The translations under genes and the position numbers were made by a program. DNA of 64,000 nt, taken from positions 36,890,001 through 36,954,000 of the forward strand of contig NC_042997.1 in assembly GCF_006345805.1 (NCBI RefSeq), in the 5' to 3' direction. Below are positions 12,221 through 27,015 of this stretch, one piece after another. The notes under the pieces are model-generated. The model did no database searches, had not been told where the DNA came from, and saw only the letters and a list, made by a program, of their open reading frames with translations. This stretch comes from Octopus sinensis. Taxonomy: Eukaryota. Positions within the stretch are counted from its first letter, which is position 1. Each line of letters begins with the position of its first letter.

Positions 12221-14807
12221 TTATAAATTCCTAATACTAGAAGAATATATTCATGCTTGCTGCATCTACTCACCTACGGTACATATGAGATTCTGCCATG
12301 AACGTGTGTTTAATTTTCCACGGAGAGCTTACTCTTAGTAGACCATAAAATACGTCTGACAGATTATCAGGTTTTCTATAAATTTGAGGTAATCAGGTCT
12401 CTTCCTTATCTTCCCTTATCTACCCCGAAGTTTCTGAATCGTAATTTGAAGAGTTTCACTATTGATCTTCTATGCGATAGAGGGCTATCACGTCTTCCAA
12501 ATTTCATTTCCTCACTCCATATGTCCTCCACAATAGATAAGAATATTTGGTCAGTAGAAGAACATAAAGTATTTATTTTATTCTTAGATTTCTGTAATTT
12601 CTCGACTGGTTTTGATTGAATATCTTAATTATTTTTCTTTCGGATACTCTCATTTTAAATTGGCTTACACGGAAAAAAAGTTAATATCTGTTACAGTATC
12701 ATTAATTTTTACACAAGTGTTCTTTCTTTATTATCTCTAAATATTATGCCTATTTTCCCTTTATGCTAGTATCAAGTGTTGTTCACTTTCATGTGATAAA
12801 CACCGCCACATAGCTAACAGTTTTGCCTAGACTAAGGATGCTTTTCCAATTTCCCAAATCCATAATATCAATTTTCTCTATCCATATCTATGTGGTATGT
12901 ATATGTAATGTTTTGAGTTCTCTTTTATATAATTTGAACCACAGAAAATTCGTATACATTCAGCTATTCAGTTGCTTATGTTTGACTATTATTTTCATGT
13001 CTTCTATTCAAAATGTATGTTGGAACATTATATTGAGCTCGATAATAATGTCTTCTTTACATTTTCGTAGTGTACGAAAAATATGATGCATAAAATTGAG
13101 ATATTCAAAATTGAATAAGAATATAATTAAATAAGTTATATATTATATGTAACAGACTCTACGACTAGTTCGAGCTAGTCATATAATAGGTTTATGAAAA
13201 TGCAACAAATTCGTTGATGAATAGCAAAAGAAAGTATTTACAGATTAACTGACGCTTATCAATAATGATAAAATAGAATAGAAGAAAGATTGAGTGAAAC
13301 CACATGATACAGTCAAGGTTAAATTTGTGTGAATATGCAATGTGCTAAAACAGTATATCATTCACCTCTTTGTCATTGCTATCAATCTATGAGACCTAAC
13401 ATGTCAGACAAAGTTATCGGAAGGAGAAAATGTCGAAGCACCTACCGTGAGTAAGTAGAAGTAATATCTCATGAAGAACTGATAGCTGTCAACAAGAAAT
13501 AAGATATATTATTGAGACGAAATTCAATATTTCTCTGATTGATGAGGGAATAGCAAGGTGTAAATATAGGCAAATAGTGTCTCCTAGAAGTGTGCCTCGA
13601 TAATTATGTGCGCTTAGATGTTAAATGTTTAATTTACTGAATAGATATTTGAAATCGCACTGATTCAACTATATATCATTGTTTATTGATTGCTTCTTAT
13701 TGCCAACTATTAACCTATTCGACTCATCATTTTTCGTTTACCTGAGACATTGGTGAATAAAATAAATCAAGTACCCTACCGTGAAAAGAATTGTTACACC
13801 ATAGGTTAGGTATTCAGTTAAACCTATTTTCTTGTATCAACAACAACGGGTTTTATGATTATTTGTCATATATGATCTGTGAACTCACATTCACTGTCTG
13901 AAAGCGAACTGTGTATTCTGAAGAGATAACGATCACTAAACGATAAATAATGTCTAACATACAAGATAATTGCTCAAAGTTATATTTGAACAGAGTTACA
14001 TACTGTTTATATTGATCTTATTCCTGTCATGAGAACGATAGGAACGGAAAGGAGACTTGGGCTACATTGCTCAGCGTACATTGTTTTAGATACTTTTCAG
14101 TTCAGATTAAGTTGTTTTCAAATTTGTCTTTCACAATGGAGATGTTGAATGTCTGTTGGGTTTATATCGTAAATTAGCTCCATGTGAAACCTGATAAGTA
14201 TCTTTATGCATAAAGGTATGCTATTTATGACCCTCTCGTCAATTTGTAAGCACGAATATATCATCCAATCTACAATTATATTTCTAATTAGCTTCAATTT
14301 AATCTGAACGAAATGAGTTTGTTATTCCTAGCAAGGCAAATGATTGCATATATTCTACCTCTGGGGAGACCATAGATTTTCCTAATGATTTATCATTACG
14401 TGTTATAATTCGCCCTTAATTAACACCTTATCTACTCTTTCATTTTGGAATGAACAATGTCTGGATGTTTTGCTTTCTTTCAAAGACAAACAGCTTGATA
14501 TTGTAAAAGAATTTTTGTTCGGAGTTAAATTTACATGTTTCAGTCTACTATTGGTTGAAATGCGTTAAACATGCTTTTCACATGGATGATTAAAAAATGA
14601 TATTTCCCCCTCTGCTCTATGAATTTGTGCTTTGGTATTTTCCATCCGGTATGCATAACTTCAGAAACATTACAGAAATTGAGCAGATCCAAATAATGTA
14701 TTCTAAAGCACATACACACTGTCACTATTAAATCGATATAGGATTTCAATAAAGAATATTCTTTGAAAAGGAACATGAACTAAGAACACAATTAGCATGG
14801 AATCTCC

Positions 14808-14870
<63 letters not shown>

Positions 14871-17099
14871 CAAGAGCTCTAAAGGTGACGTGTGCTATGG
14901 TATATTGATTGTAATATAGAACCTTTCGTTGTGCTGTTTCCTGTGGATTAGTGCCCTTGGGTATAATTGATATCATTACAGAAAGCCACGAAACTCTCAT
15001 TTTCCATAACTTCCGCACTGCTTCCAAAGTTATTCTCTAAGCCCTCAAGGAATGCTGAATGTTTTGGTGGACGTGATAGTTTAACAGGTAATTAGCTTGA
15101 TCATGAAACATTTATGACCTCATTATAATGTGGCATGATCAATCCACATATCAGTTGAGATGCGTTGGTGAACTGACAGGCGCGACTGTATTCAGCATAG
15201 GTAAAAAGAATCATCCCCACTGATACTTTCACCATATTCTAAGATAGTAGAATCTTTGGGGCGTCGTATAAAATGTCTCACATTATTCATACTATCCCTT
15301 TACATTCACCCTTCAGATACCCCTGAGGGCAAATTGCCTTTTATTCTTATGAGTTCAACAACAAAATGGTTACCAAGTTCTAGTGTCAATGTAGATGACT
15401 AACTCTTTCTCCTTAAAATTGCTGGTTTTGTTACCCGGATTCGAAACTATTATTTTGCATATTGTAGATATACTTGTTTTCATATTCTAGATATGCATGC
15501 TTTTCTTTCAAATTGCATTTAATGGAATAATAATTTGATGGAATAATAATTTTCCTGCATTTTAATTATACCTATAAAAATGACTCATACAACATCTTGT
15601 CTTTTCTTCTGGTAGTACTCCCTCATTTATAGTTTATGCTTCCTAACTCGTGTTCCCATTCGTTGTTTACTGCTATTTATATAAATTAGTCCATTCTCTT
15701 GTAAAACGTCTGTTTGAACACTAAAAATAAGCATCCATTATTTTTAAAAAATTAAATTCAACTTCAGAACATGGAGCGAACCGTTTTCTTTTTCACTCAC
15801 ATTCATATTCTTCAGTATCGTGAACATTGATATATCGAAGAGGAATTTATCGATAAGTCTTTAACTATTGAATTATAAACCAATGGGAGAAAGGCACCAC
15901 ATACTTCGATATATCCTTAAGATTATTCATCAACAATCTTGTTTGGGTGGGACCTGGAAAAAATCCAGTGGCCATAAAGTTTGTGATAGGATCGAAAATA
16001 TCTCCCTAGTGTATATAACCGTTTGCATGCCTTTCTGCAACGTAAATATTTCTGCTGTCGTCTAGAGTCTATCTCTTCCACAAATCTGCATGCGTTCCGT
16101 CAACAATTATATTTTATTGAAATACTGAGGTAGAAATGTTAGATTCAACCAGGATATTTGCTAAGTGTTGAAAATGAATACTTGACAATACCGATTATAG
16201 CATTGACTCGCTCAATTCCTAGCAATATAAGAAGAAGGAGTTTCCATTATATCAAACTATGAATAATTAAATCATAATAGTTATTATAGTCCATTCTGCA
16301 CTGTTGTGCCATTCAAGACACGTTATATTTCGCATTCCTCTAGTGATTGTAGTAATTTCCTATTGTTTCCTGTGCCTCTTAGACGATTCATAGCTCCTTT
16401 ATTTAGCAGCTTCAGGTCATATTTCATTTAAACAAATCGAAACTGCCTTGGAAAAGACTATCAATTCATCAACGTTAATATTCCTAGAAACTTTCGAAAA
16501 CTTGAATTTTCATCTCATACTACTGATAATAGAAAGGAAGTTGTGAAAGTGATTAAAGTCAATGCGGTCAGAAATCACAGAAATTCACGTTAATGGGTCT
16601 ATACTAAAGCATATATGACTTTACAAACAAAATCTAAAGCAAAGTGTAAATGTTGATATTGGTAACGAACATTCATAACGAAATATCCGTGAGTATGAAA
16701 CTTGATTCCTATATAAAGGTATTTTCTTTCTGATATTATTTTCTACTGAATCTAGATTCTTAATAAAACATTGTGGTTGCTTCGGTCCTGGCCTCCATAT
16801 GTATAACAAATGTTCCAGTCTCATATGACACAAAATGGCTCTAGTTACTGGCGTGATCAGGACAACAAAGTATAAAAGGCGCCCAATGTGATGGAGAGAC
16901 TATGCCTGAGCAACAGATATCTATTCTTGATACGATTTCTTCGCTCTAATCCACATGTTGCAACTATGTGTACACCACTAACGCAGACGTAGGGGCTGCT
17001 TCTTTGGGGTCGCGTCACTAAAGAAATAAACCTGTTGTTAACAGTGTGTGTGTTATCAAACACACGGCGGTATCCATTTTGGAAAAGTTGTAGAAGCGA

Positions 17100-19300
17100 A
17101 CGTAATTGTAAGGCATAGGGCAATGACAACAAATGACATAAAAAGCCTTCCTTCAAATAATTGTATAGAAATTATATTACACTTTAATCATCGAATATTA
17201 CTTCAGATCGCATGAAACCTACTTTTGGAAATAGTAATATTTAGCTCCATAGGAAAGAGATGAACTCTACCAGTTAATCAAGCGGGCACTCTACCAAAAT
17301 CCCTTGGTGTGTTCTGGGGCTGATGCGTCCGTATTCATTTCCAAGCATTGGGCAAATAGAGTTTAGGATTGTCATTCCTCAAGCCGTCTATTTGTCAGTA
17401 CAGCGTTTGTATGCCTTTCTGCAACGTAAATATTTCTGCTGTCGTCTAGAGTCTATCTCTTCCACAATTCTCCATGCGTTCCGTCAACAATTAAATTTTA
17501 TTGAAATACTGAGGTAGAAATGCTCGATTCAACCAGGATATTTGCTAAGTGTTGAAAATGAATACTTGACCAATATCCCACTGAAGCTAGCTTTGCCACC
17601 GAAATGCTTTGTGGCGTATCATCTGAATTTGAAACAGAGAAGAGAAATTTCTGGTGGTATTGTATTCTCGAGTTTCGCGAACGACGTAACCATTGACAAG
17701 CTTCAATATGTTTACTAAATCTCAGGCAAAAATATTTAACTCTGCTTTCATAAAGGGTCATGTTTCTGAAGGTGTATTTTATGAACTCTTTGTGCGACTC
17801 CGTTTGCAATAGAGGTGTCACTGACTTGTTTACACTATAGGTTTTGTTCTCCGTCTGTTCCCGTTGCAACGAGCGATAAGCCAGAATTCACCAAGTCTAG
17901 CATATGAACATAGAACTCATAGTGCATTTCTTAAAAATGCGACTATTTCTCCCTTACACAACGGCTCAATTCATTCGATTCTTCGTTCATGTAACATGAA
18001 GTTTCATATTATTTTCCCTTGGTTCGAGATTGGGTGACGTATACATCTGAACTCATCGTCTCCAGTCTAGAGTTGACTGAGATCAGGTTGGAATGTGTTG
18101 CTGGATAAACACCCAAGTTTGTTTGGAAGTGGTGCACACTTTTCAGCTGCAATACTTTGGGAATGTAATTGTACTCCTCTGCTTCATGTTTCAGTATTGG
18201 CCTTTCATAGACTTCATGTTTCAAGTGATCGGGAGCCATTTTCGTTGATAGAAATACGTTCATGAAACCCTCGATATATGCATGTTCTAAACTTCTCACC
18301 AATTTTGTCTCTTCTCTGATATCATGTGGCTCTGATATCATGTGGATATCATTCACTGTATATAAACGTATACTGAAATGTGAATTTCAAAGTATCGAAC
18401 ACACGCTGTGTGCTGCTTCAGTAATAAAAGTATCTTCTGTAATAGTTTACTGGTTGAAAACTAGTATAATTATAACTAGTTTGGCTTTTATCTCACTGAT
18501 GTAATTTTGCTGCAGAGTTATATCTGTAAGTGACACTGGAAGCAAATCTCTTTAGCGGAATCATGGTCAGCTTCTGCTGACTGCTGCTGTCATTTGTTGC
18601 TTATCCAGTTAGCTAATGTTATTCCTTAAATCGTCTCACTTTCAAAGGGAACCTATCTGATTCAAGCTGTTGGTCCATGGCTTTACGAAGTTGGTAGTAG
18701 AGATAAAAATAAAAACTGCGGTTGCTTGTTGACAAATATCTGAAAGTGACAATAATGTACTCATAAACTCTACTAAAATGAGGAATATCCTATGCCCAGA
18801 AAAAATGATTCATCATATATATATTCATATTGGTACATATGGGAGATTAAATTAGCTAAATGGACCCCAAGAACATTTGTTAGTCATTTGCACGCACACT
18901 CATTTTGGTGAATCCCACACAAACACTACGAGTGGTGAAAATGCCTTTCAGATCGCTCATATAACCACTGATCCAGCTTTTCGCTCAAGGCGACTAAAGG
19001 AATATGTTTTCCCAGCTTGATTCGAGTTATAACCTTGCTGAAGTATGCGGGTAATGGCACCGGGCTCACCATTCATAATGTCTAAGAAGTAAGTAAAGTA
19101 GCCTAGGGGTCTACATGTAATACCATCTGTCTCACAGTTCTTCATGTCAACGAAATAACTGCAGTGGCTAAAATTATTGCTCTAATCAAAAGTGTTACCA
19201 GTAGAGATGTGGAGAGGGCCTGCACACCAACACTTGTGCTGCTGTTAATATATTGCATTTGCTTATTTCAGCCAACCCAAGAAACGCATCCAAACTTTGA
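17100..19300 (-). mobile_element. Highly degraded CR1/L2-like LINE (APE endonuclease to RT C-terminal remnants)
   Basis: YSFSRLERKAGSVVI resembles APE GY..DR..GGGV.IY. LVF.Q.TITEDTFITEAAHS resembles the APE C-terminus. YIPK and EFWL resemble the linker. Many stops. Confidence 0.4.
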
Positions 19301-20120
19301 AGACATTTGTAGGTGGTGCGTTTACCATTGAAATATTTAAAACATATTCCATGTGTAATTCTTATTTTGCTGTCAGTTTTCTGTTGCTTCACTTCTTGTA
19401 CTTCCTACTGTTGATTTGTTTTTATTGTTACATTCGTTATAGGGTACTTTTTCCTTGATTTTGCTGTTTCTTTATATAGTTGATGTTGTGATTTTGGATT
19501 TTGCCATCTTTTGTTACCTCTTTTGTACTGCTAAGATAAGTTTTTTTATCTCAATATACTTCACGTAGACGTTAAAAAAATATTTGGGTTTTAGGGATCA
19601 GGGTACTGAAATCACCTATGTGTGTGTGTGCGCGCGTGTGTTTGTTTGTTTGTGTGTGTGTGTACATTTAAAAGCATATATGTGTGTTTATGTTTCTGTT
19701 TGTCACCCACCGTCACTTGACAACCGATGTTGATCTGTTTACATCCCCGTTCGGTAGAAACAAGTAGTATGAATACCACACTTAAAAATAAGTGCTTTAA
19801 CGCAGTGCCCCAGCATGGCCGGAACTTAATGACTGAAACAAAAAGAAAATGACCGATAAGTAAATTATAGTAAATTTTAACGTAGGTCTTTTTCTTCCTT
19901 GGGAATATGACTGACATAGAGAAAATTCTCAATAACTCAGACACCTCATTCTGTATAACGTTTGCTGTCATACGAATCAACATACGCCCCCCCACCATAA
20001 ACACGCGCATGCGTGTGACTGCCAACACAAATTCAGACGCATTTCAATATAGGACTTGATAGCCTAATGCGTTAGCTTTACCGTGCGTTGCAGGTAGCAT
20101 TTCTAAACCAATCGTCAACA

Positions 20121-20528
20121 GCAGGAGTGGCTGTGTGGTAAGTAGCTTGCTAACCAACCACATGGTTCCGGGTTCAGTCCCACTGCGTGGCATTTTGGGC
20201 AAGTGTCTTCTGCTATAGTCCCGGGCCGACCGATGCCTTGTGAGCGGATTTGGTAGACGGAAACTGAAAGAAGCCTGTCATATATATGTATATGTATATA
20301 TATGTATGTGTGTGTGTTTGTGTGTCTGTGTTTGTCCCCCTAGCATTGCTTAACAGCCGATGCTGGTGTGTGTTTCCGCCCCCGTCACTTAGCGGTTCGG
20401 CAAAAGAGACCGATAGAATAAGTACTGGGCTTACAAAGAATAAGTCCCAGGGTCGATTTGGTCGACTAAAGGCGGTGCTCCAGCGTGGCCGCAGTCAAAT
20501 GACTGAAGCAAGTAAAAGAGTAAAGAGA
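20121..20528 (+). mobile_element. SINE family A, full length
   Basis: Matches the other family A copies end to end. Confidence 0.9.
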
Positions 20529-20822
20529 GCTCAATAAGAGAGATGTGAAACACCATAGGTAACGCGCAAATTTAGATATATGAATGTCTCCATAGTCACC
20601 GCAGTGTATATAGAAATTCGTAAGCAAATTTCGGGGAGCTGGGATACTTAAATATCTGAAAGATATATTTCTCGGTACAGAGATAAGTTTTTTTTTTGCG
20701 CGGTCACTAAAGTAATCCGAAATAATATAAATAAACTCGGGCAACACATTTTTTTTTATCAAAGACGATATGAAAGAGACATTTGCTCATTCTGGGCATG
20801 CGTATTCAATTACACATCAACT

Positions 20823-21050
20823 CGAGTGGAGGCACAATGGCCTAGTGGTTAGGGCAGCGGACTCGCGGTCGTAAGAACGCAGATTCGATTCCCAGACCAT
20901 GCATTTTGAGTGTTTATTGAGCAAAAACACCTCAGATCCACGAGGCTCCGGCGGTGGGGAGGCTGTGTTGAACCCCGCTGTACTCTTTCACCACAACTTT
21001 CTCTCACTCTTTCTTCCTACATCTGCCAAAAAGCAGAGGAACCATGGTGT
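20823..21050 (+). mobile_element. SINE family C, 5' part
   Basis: gagtggaggcacaatggcctagtggttagggcagcggactcgcggtc carries A-box and B-box-like motifs; homologous to 31801-32187. Confidence 0.8.
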
Positions 21051-22684
21051 AACCCACTATGGTGTGGTAAACTTTCAGACCCTAGTCTAGATTACGAATC
21101 ATCTGTATCCGAGGATGGTTCAGCTCTCCACCCGTTAAACGCCACCGTTTACGGAATGAGGATAACAGCGTAACTTTCACGCCCATGCAACCGCCAGTCT
21201 CTCGCGTGTGGGAAGTGGATCTTTAAGTTGCCACACGCATTCTTAGTAGCTTAGAGTAGGCTCGAATTAGAGATTATTCTTTGTGGCTAATGGCATGAGT
21301 CCTGATTGGAAGAAGAAGAAGAAGAAATCAACGCGAAAACGTTAAACATTTACTGTATATAAATGTATACGGAAATCTGAATTTCAAAGTATCGAACACA
21401 CGCTGTGTGCTGCTTCAGTAATAAAAGTATCTTTGTAATAGTTTGCTGGTTGAAAACTCGTATAATCATAACTAGTTTGGCTTTTATCTCACTGATGTAA
21501 TTTTGCTGCAGAGTTATATCTGTAAGTGACACTGGAAATGATTTTATGAGAATTTGACATGTCTTATGCGTTTATCACATGTTATCATTAACAGTATTAT
21601 GGATGCTTGATCTAGGATTTTAATACTAAAGAATCATTTACATAACAGAAATAAATCTCGTAGTTAGTTTTGATTTTCTTCAACATCAATTTCTTTTCAG
21701 CTACGGTTAAAACTAACTTCCTTTAGTGTAGGCAGAAAATGTGAAATCGTTGTTGATAAATTTAGCTAACACATTAATGACGTAGGCGAAATAGAATTAA
21801 AACGGTATTACTTTCTTTTTCATTTACCAGAAAGTTACCTAAACGTCTATTGTTTTTCAGAGATTGTTAAACAAAAATAAATACTAATTCATCCAAAATG
21901 TTTATAATCGTATCAACCACTTAATATATGCAAGTGGGAACCCTTAGAAAGTTAGAAGCCAAAATTCTAATTATAAGTGTTATTTGAAATTTGCCATATA
22001 ATCTATTTTATTTTAAAATTGTATGACATTTCATAATATACTGATTAATTAGATGATTGGTTTTCAAAGTAATTATTGTTGCACATTTATGGCAAAAATT
22101 TAATAGATATTTTACTGCTCGTTTAAGAAAAAATGAGATTGCATTTTTTATTAGCGAATAAGGTAGAATAGTTATTCGATAAAATCTACGAAATGTGTAA
22201 GAATATTTTTAAATCATTGATACCAATGAAAAAGACTTGATCTAACAAGTTTTTCTCACGGAAAAGTGTTTTTAAAATTGTTTTTCCGAACAGAATTATA
22301 TGAATATTGGTTACAGACTTTGTCTTATAGACACATTAACGTCGGTTTAAGAGTTACTACGAATTTAGTGTTTCTTCTTACACCATTATTGGCACCGAGT
22401 GAGGAAATTACATTTTAGGCCATTAACACATATCAAATGAATATAAAACTCTTGCATAAAATACACTGTTTTAGTGACTTAGTGTCTTTTGTTTTATATA
22501 TATATTTGGTTATTGTATTTTACATGAAATCATAAGTGGTTTTTGCTCATGCATTTGTCCAATATAAATTTGTGCGAACATATATTGTGTGAATATATTT
22601 TCACACATTACTATATATTAATTTGTTTTGTATTGTATCGCCTCTTTTATTTCTTAAGTTCACAAAACGTTTGCAAGTCGAAAG

Positions 22685-22996
22685 TTAGGATATTTCCAAA
22701 TCAATCGGACAATCACTAAATTTGGTGGCTTTATACTTTTTGTATGATTGTTTCAATAAAATTTTCTTTCGTAGATTTGTGTTATCAATTTTACGAACAG
22801 CTTTACTCCGAGTTGATTTACGTTTCAGTTCTCGTAATTTCTCACGAGTTAATTTTAAAAACATCTGCCTTTGATGCTTTTGCAGCTGGCGTAATTTTCT
22901 GATAAATCGTCGCTCTCGTGTGAGAAATTTTAGATTTAAATGCGCCTTTTTCATTTCCCTTTGAAAACACAAACAAAGTTTCTTCCATAATGTTAC
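22685..22996 (-). CDS. Candidate terminal coding exon encoding 103 aa of a basic, coiled-coil-like protein of unknown identity
   Basis: A pyrimidine-rich acceptor tttatattttcag|GTA sits in phase 0 with an open non-repetitive frame VTLWKKLCLCFQREMKKAHLNLKFLTRERRFIRKLRQLQKHQRQ...CPIDLEIS*. AATAAA lies at 22646-22651, just after the stop. No transposon motifs. Confidence 0.5.
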   Translation of the reverse strand, partial: VTLWKKLCLCFQREMKKAHLNLKFLTRERRFIRKLRQLQKHQRQMFLKLTREKLRELKRKSTRSKAVRKIDNTNLRKKILLKQSYKKYKATKFSDCPIDLEIS

Positions 22997-24149
22997 CTGA
23001 AAATAAATATAAACAAATAATATATACATTAAGTTTAGTGATAATTCAAATCAGATTTTATACATAAAGAAGTCATATAGTGTGTATAAAATGACTGCTG
23101 AGTTTGCGATTCCTCGTGCGATCAAATATATCTTCGTCTGTGTAATTATATCTGCACGTTAATGACTCTTTACCTGTTTTGATTATGGAAATTTTATGCA
23201 TACGTACAGACGCACATATACAAACGTAACCAAAAATCTCTACTACCTTGTATTGAGGGGAGATACATGACGGGAGATTTCTCTGGCTCTTTTACGTTTC
23301 ATCTCTCGAAACTCAAATTTCTATGGGAATACATTTGCTACAACTACAAACTTATTTCCACCTAGCATTAGTATTTCAAAAAATATCACTTTAAAATAAA
23401 TTTCCTATTCAGGATTAGTGAAATAATTAGAGAATAAATATCAGCGTTATGTCTCATACTTAACTGGTAAATTCTAGTTAACTGTTCTACATGATGTTGT
23501 CATCAAGAATGACGTTTTAGTTCGTATGTAGCATTAGTATTGCTCAACATTTAATGTCATTAGCATAAAAAGACATATTTTGCATGCTTATTTATTTTAG
23601 ATACTCTATGACATTTTATAATTATTATACGACCATGAGTTTGCAGTTGGCACTAACACTGAACATTTGATCATAACATATTCTTGAAGCATACTATCAA
23701 TGTTCATATCTAATGTTTGTGGATTTTAAGATATATGTATGACATAATACTGGTGCTCTCTCAATACATACATTTTAGTATGTTGCTAAATACTTCTGTA
23801 CAACATGGTACGCAAAAAAACAGCTCTCTATATGTGTGTGTGTGTGTACGTCTGAATGGGAACCTGAAGAATCTTTCTGTGTACAATCATGTAATATACG
23901 TTGTACTTATAGACACATCTGTCTGCAGACATAAATAATACCTCACTGTGGATTTGCATTATACATCCTGGAAGATACCACACCAGCAACTCAGATAATA
24001 CATACGCATAGTGCATTTAAAGCAATTTAATGACAGCGACAAATCCCTCGTGAAAGAGATGGAAAATATATTCAGACTCTTTAATAAAAAGTCAAACGTA
24101 AGGGTACAAATAATAACCGGGGCGGTGGAAAGTAATAAAAACGAATCTT

Positions 24150-25990
24150 AGAGCATTCTACAGGTTTAAAAAGGAATGGCCTGTGGTTAAATACATGGTA
24201 AGTTCATTGTTTGAAGAAGAGAGTTCACTAACTGCAGATCCCAGGAAGATATTGGAGTGTTAAATAAATCATTTCAAAATGTATTCACTTCTCCATTAGG
24301 ACATATGATAAGTTTGGAACACCGTATATCTCTATGGAAAAGAGCCAACCATAGATTAAATTGATTTAAATTTGAAGATGAACCCGGAATTAGCAACGGG
24401 TCCAGAGCTATTTCTGGCTGGTTGTGTAAAGCCATGCAGGAAGGCCAACGCAAAATCAATTCGGATACATTTTTCAGAATTTCTTTACATGTGGAAAACG
24501 ATCGAAAACCGTGAAAAGAAGGTATAATATGCCCTGGCCATAAAGGAAAAAGCAGAGCAGATACCAAAGACGTCTGGTTGACTGCTCTGACATCAAATGC
24601 TAGCAAGGTCACGAAATGCACTTTCAGACGGAGATGGATCTTGGAAGAAAATAACTTGCTCACAAATATGCAACATAAATTACGTCCAGGGAGGAGCTGC
24701 TTCACACAGCATCTACAGCATTATGATTAGGTACTCAAACAGCAGCTCAACCACTCAAATGCAGATGTGAGGTATCTCGACTTTGCTAAGGACTTCGGCA
24801 ATGTTGATCATAGGATGATATAACTGAAACTGTAAGACCTTGGTATCACTGTTAACCAAGATCAATGGCTGCATCACATTGTTAAAGGCAAAAATCAGAC
24901 AGTGTTTCTCTAGGGGTGTATCAACTCTCAGCAGATTCTTTCAAGGAGATCTATAGGGAAAGCTGCTGTTCGTCGTGTCTCTCTCAGACATGCTGTCAAT
25001 CGTGCAGTCAGCTATTCTTAATAGTTATGCTGGTGATGCAAACCTTTCACATGCAGTCAAGAAACCCAATGACTTATAAAAAAAAAAGACACAACAGCAA
25101 AAAGACCTGAATGCAGTATAGATGTAGGCTGGTGAAAACTTACAAGCATTTCAATGATGATAATTTCCAAGCTCTGCAAAACACAGACCACAAATGTAAT
25201 ACACTGTACGAGGGTGTTTTGCAAAACCAGACGAAGTCTCGGTGTGTGACAAAGGAACCCACATGAGTAATGCAATATTTCATGTGCATATTTATTTCTT
25301 TATTGTTTATAAGGGACTAAAAAAAGAGGTGACAAACAGGAACAAACAGAGGGATTGAGTCGATTACATCGACTCCAGTGCATAATTGGTACTTATTTAA
25401 TCTACTCCGAAATGATGAAAGGCAAAGTCAACCTCGGCGGTATTTGAGCTTAAAACGTAAAGACGACGTAATACCGCTAAACATTTTGCCGGTGTGCTAA
25501 CGTTTCTGCCACCTCACCTTATTTCATGTGCACATTACCAGGATGACAACACTGTACAGGCAAGGAGCTGGATGCATTCTGAGATAATTCTGAACTCAGA
25601 AAAAGGATACCATGTGACTAATTTGGACAATTATGTTCTCAGACTTCTGGATTATTAATCCCAACTGCAGTACACACAGAGCGTTAAATTGGTGGAGGAA
25701 CTTAAGGCAATCGAGATACACTACATAAAAAGACAATTGACTCGGTAAAACAGATACGCAACCGAGAGTGGATAAAGGAACTGAATCTCTACTCACTAGA
25801 GAGAAGACGTTAAGAATAAGAAATGATAAAGCATATGAAAGATCCTGGAGGTTCTACCTCAAGGCATCGAAAATGTAAGCTATAACAACCAACGAACGGG
25901 AGCTTACTGCATATAACCAAAGTGCCTGACCTCTCAATGTAGATAAGGGACAATTACTGTAATATTTAAGCACAACTATTGAAAATTCAG
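24150..25990 (+). mobile_element. Degraded CR1/L2-like LINE reverse transcriptase region interrupted by a SINE
   Basis: LEENNLLTNMQHKLRPGRSCFTQHLQHYD*VLKQQLNHSNADVRYLDFAKDFGNVDH covers RT domains 2-3. KELNLYSLERRR near 25790 is a CR1-type C-terminal motif. Confidence 0.75.
25333..25517 (-). mobile_element. SINE family B
   Basis: Reverse-complement homology to 7719-7935. Confidence 0.75.
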
Positions 25991-26151
25991 CCAAGCAGCA
26001 TGAGAGTTTTACGCGGTGCACTGTCATGGTCTCAACCTCTTGGGAAACAGACCAGTAACTTAATGTCTATAGGTATTTTTCTCTAACTTTCTCTCCCTCA
26101 CCCCCTAACTATATATATACATACATACATATATATATATATATATGTATA

Positions 26152-26237
<86 letters not shown>

Positions 26238-26242
<5 letters not shown>

Positions 26243-26465
26243 ACCGACCAGACAATCAGATGTTGTTAGCCTTCGAATGACGCCACCCCGCTGGCTAAGC
26301 GAGCAGGCCAACAGAAGAAAGAGTGGTGGAAGAGTACAACAGGGATCACCACCCCCTGCCGGAGCGTCGTGGATCTTTTTAGGTGTTTTTCGGTCTGGGA
26401 ATCGAAACCACGATCCTGCGACAAGTCCGCTGCTCTAACCACTATGCCATTGCGCCTCCACTCCA
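26238..26465 (-). mobile_element. SINE family C variant, flanked by (TA)n
   Basis: tRNA-like head tggaggcgcaatggcatagtggttagagcagcggac on the minus strand; shares its body with 27617-27895. Confidence 0.8.
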
Positions 26466-26471
26466 TATATA

Positions 26472-26551
<80 letters not shown>

Positions 26552-26795
26552 ACGACAGAGTAAGAGCGACAGACAGACAGACAGACAACAGAAAGCTGTT
26601 TTCTTAAGAAGCGGTGCTCAGTAGCAGTCTTTGAGCCCAGTTAAATGTAACAAACTACTTCAACTCGTTGTTTGTATATTCACATAAATGGACAGAAAAC
26701 AGGCTATTCAGTACTAGCATTGAGTAGTAATAACTGCTATAATGTACTTATAAATGCATACAGATATATGTATGTACATCCGTACATACATTCAC

Positions 26796-26858
<63 letters not shown>

Positions 26859-26883
26859 GAGAGAGAGAGATAGATAGATAGAT

Positions 26884-26962
<79 letters not shown>

Positions 26963-27015
26963 CGTCGGCGATTTTTTACTCTGTCTTCCCTTCTTTGGAT
27001 CTTTCCTTTTCCTAT

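Noticed and set aside
13742-13775. 34-nt minus-strand exon candidate (VLDLFYSPMSQ, CAG|gtaaac)
   Set aside because: The acceptor is mediocre and there is no partner exon; such matches are expected by chance in 64 kb.
18009-18356. 115-aa ORF as a host terminal exon
   Set aside because: It lies colinearly between APE-like and RT-like remnants of a decayed CR1-type LINE on the same strand, so it is more likely the linker region.
18620-18742. Apparent exon YLSTSNRSFYFYLYYQLRKAMDQQ after a tttcag acceptor
   Set aside because: It falls within the APE-like remnant and has no supporting donor or neighbouring exons.
24274-24705. 143-aa minus-strand ORF
   Set aside because: It is the antisense shadow of the plus-strand LINE RT region.
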